From NCBI RefSeq assembly GCF_963921235.1, contig NC_086098.1:5022001-5086000 (forward strand): a DNA stretch of 64,000 nt. Reading direction: 5' to 3'. This DNA comes from Mobula hypostoma. Lineage: Eukaryota. Positions 61,006 through 64,000 of this stretch are shown here, piece after piece (the first letter of the stretch is position 1; every line of letters starts with the position of its first letter). A model generated the notes under the pieces. The model was not told the DNA's origin, made no database searches, and saw only the letters and a program-made list of their open reading frames with translations. The translations under genes were made by a program, and so were the position numbers.

Positions 61006-64000
61006 ACATAGAAACATAGAAACATAGAAAATAGGTGCAGGAGTAGGCCATTCGGCCCTTCGAGCCTGCACCGCCATTTATTATGATCATGGCTGATCAT
61101 CCAACTCAGAACCCAGCCTTCCCTCCATACCCCCTGACCCCTGTAGCCACAAGGGCCATATTTAACTTCCTTTTAAACATAGCTAATGAACTGGCCTCAA
61201 CAGTTTGCTGTGGCAGAGAATTCCACAGATTCACCACTCTCTGTGTGAAGAAGTTTTTCCTAACCTCGGTCCTAAAAGGCTTCCCCTCTATCCTCAAACT
61301 GTGACCCCTCGTTCTAGACCTCCCCAACATCGGGAACAATCTTCCTGCATCTAGCCTGTCCAATCCCTTTAGGATCTTATACGTTTCAATCAGATCCCCC
61401 CTCAATCTTCTAAATTCCAACGAGTACAAGCCCAGTTCATCCAGTCTTTCTTCATATGAAAGACCTGCCATCCCAGGAATCAATCTGGTGAACCTTCTTT
61501 GTACTCCCTCTATGGCAAAGATGTCTTTCCTCAGATTAGGGGACCAAAACTGCACACAATACTCCAGGTGTGGTCTCACCAAGGCCTTGTACAACTGCAG
61601 TAGTACCTCCCTGCTCCTGTACTCGAATCCTCTCGCTATAAATGCCAGCATACCGTTCGCCTTTTTCACCGCCTGCTGTACCTGCATGCCCACTTTCAAT
61701 GACTGGTGTATAATGACACCCAGGTCTCGTTGCACCTCCCCTTTTCCTAATCGGCCACCATTCAGATAATAATCTGTTTTCCTATTTTTGCCACCAAAGT
61801 GGATAACTTCACATTTATCCACATTAAATTGCATCTGCCATGAGTTTGCCCACTCACCCAACCTATCCAAGTCACCCTGCATCCTCTTAGCATCCTCCTC
61901 ACTGCTAACACTGCCACCCAGCTTCGTGTCATCCGCAAACTTGGAGATGCCGCATTTAATTCCCTCATCCAAGTCATTAATATATATTGTAAACAACTGG
62001 GGTCCCAGCACTGAGCCTTGCGGTACCCCACTAGTCACCGCCTGCCATTCTGAAAAGGTCCCGTTTATTCCCACTCTTTGCTTCCTGTCTGCTAACCAAT
62101 TCTCCACCCACACCAATACCTTACCCCCAATACCGTGTGCTTTAAGTTTGCACACTAATCTCCTGTGTGGGACCTTGTCAAAAGCCTTTTGAAAATCCAA
62201 ATATACCACATCCACTGGTTCTCCCCCTATCCACTCTACTAGTTACATCCTCAAAAAATTCTATGAGATTCGTCAGACATGATTTTCCTTTCACAAATCC
62301 ATGCTGACTTTGTCCGATCATTTCACCGCTTTCCAAATGTGCTGTTATCACATCCTTGATAACTGACTCCAGCAGTTTCCCCACCACCGACGTTAGGCTA
62401 ACCGGCCTATAATTCCCCGGTTTCTCTCTCCCTCCTTTTTTAAAAAGTGGGGTTACATTAGCCACCCTCCAATCCTCAGGAACTAGTCCAGAATCTAACG
62501 AGTTTTGAAAAATTATCACTAATGCATCCACTATTTCTTGGGCCACTTCCTTAAGCACTCTGGGATGCAGACCATCTGGCCCTGGGGATTTATCTGCCTT
62601 CAATCCCTTCAATTTACCTAACACCACTTCCCTACTAACATGTATTTCGCTCAGTTCCTCCATCTCACTGGACCCTCTGTCCCTTACTATTTCTGGAAGA
62701 TTATTTATGTCCTCCTTAGTGAAGACAGAACCAAAGTAATTATTCAATTGGTCTGCCATGTCCTTGCTCCCCATAATCAATTCACCTGTTTCTGTTTGCA
62801 GGGGACCTACATTTGTCTTTATCAGTCTTTTCCTTTTTACATATCTATAAAAGCTTTTACAGTCCGTTTTTATGTTCTCTGCTAGTTTTCTCTCATAATC
62901 TTTTTTCCCCTTCCTAATTAAGCCCTTTGTCCTCCTCTGCTGAACTCTGAATTTCTCCCAGTCCTCAGGTGAGCCACTTTCTCTGGCTAATTTGTATGCT
63001 ACTTCTTTGGAATTGATACTATCCCTAATTTCTCTTGTCAGCCACGGGTGCACTACCTTCCTTGATTTATTCTTTTGCCAAACTGGGATGAACAATTGTT
63101 GTAGTTCATCCATGCAACCTTTAAATGCCTGCCATTGCATATCCACCGTCAATCCTTGAAGTGTCATTTGCCAGTCTATCTTAGCTAATTCATGTCTCAT
63201 ACCTTCAAAGTTACCCCTCTTTAAGTTCAGAACCTTTGTTTCTGAATTAACTACGTCACTCTCCATGTTAATGAAGAATTCCACCATATTATGGTCACTC
63301 TTACCCAAGGGGCCTCTCACGACAAGATCGCTAATTAACCCTTCCTCATTGCTCAAAACCCAGTCCAGAATAGCCTGCTCTCTAGTCGGTTCCTCGACAT
63401 GTTGGTTCAAAAAACCATCCCACATACATTCCAAGAAATCCTCTTCCTCAGCACCTTTACCAATTTGGTTCACCCAGTCTACATGTAGATTGAAGTCACC
63501 CATTATAACTGCTGTTCCTTTATTGCACACATTTCTAATTTCCTGTTTAATACCATCTCCGACCTCACTACTACTGTTAGGTGGCCTGTACACAACTCCC
63601 ACCAGCGTCTTCTGCCCCTTAGTGTTACGCAGCTCTACCCATATCGATTCCACATCTTCCCGGCTTATGTCCTTCCTTTCTATTGCGTTAATCTCTTTTT
63701 TAACCAGCAACGCCACCCCACCTCCCCTTCCTTCGTGTCTATCCCTCCTGAATATTGAATATCCCTGAACGTTGAGCTCCCATCCCTGGTCACCCTGGAG
63801 CCATGTCTCTGTGATCCCAACTATATCATAATCATTAATAACAATCTGCACTTTCAATTCATCCACCTTATTACGAATGCTCCTTGCATTGACACATAAA
63901 GCCTTCAGGCACTCTTTTACAACTCTCTTAGCCCTTTTTAATGCTTGCCCTGGATTTGTCGGCCTGCCACTTTTACTTTTCCCCTTTGTACTTTTTGCTT
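61006..64000 (-). mobile_element. Young CR1 (subfamily 'B'), continues beyond the window; same frameshift as the 40-44 kb copy
   Basis: ORFs 62178-63866 and 61106-62215 are almost identical to 41064-44064. C5 run at 62223-62227; (CATAGAAA)n tail. Confidence 0.97.

Noticed and set aside
1352..63768. Numerous Ser/Leu/Pro-rich ORFs (e.g. 2095-2475, 16142-16834, 47226-48023, 59401-59931)
   Set aside because: They are antisense or alternative-frame shadows of LINE and Penelope ORFs.

Overview
This is vertebrate nuclear DNA, most likely from a cartilaginous fish (shark or ray), inferred from the HER1/HE1-type CR1 3' tails. It is not prokaryotic. Most of the window is a nested pile of transposable elements: at least three CR1 LINE subfamilies (one near-full-length copy at 39.9-44.2 kb), Rex1/Babar-type LINE remnants, Penelope (GIY-YIG) elements, a near-full-length RTE LINE, a decayed Gypsy/Ty3 LTR element plus a related solo LTR, tRNA-derived SINEs, and Tc1/mariner and hAT MITEs. 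I could not identify a complete host gene. The most interesting structures are: (i) an inverted paralogous duplication (~23.3-28.0 kb vs ~35.0-36.55 kb) with a near-identical core, diverged edges and a conserved small exon candidate, which looks like repeated arm-to-arm gene conversion; (ii) a MITE that closely matches my recollection of the mammalian MER2 consensus, a horizontal-transfer candidate; (iii) two nearly identical inverted CR1 copies that share one frameshift and bracket a CpG-island promoter at ~52.5-54 kb. Most ORFs in the supplied track are fragments or antisense shadows of these elements. Coordinates of decayed elements are approximate and all alignments were done by eye.
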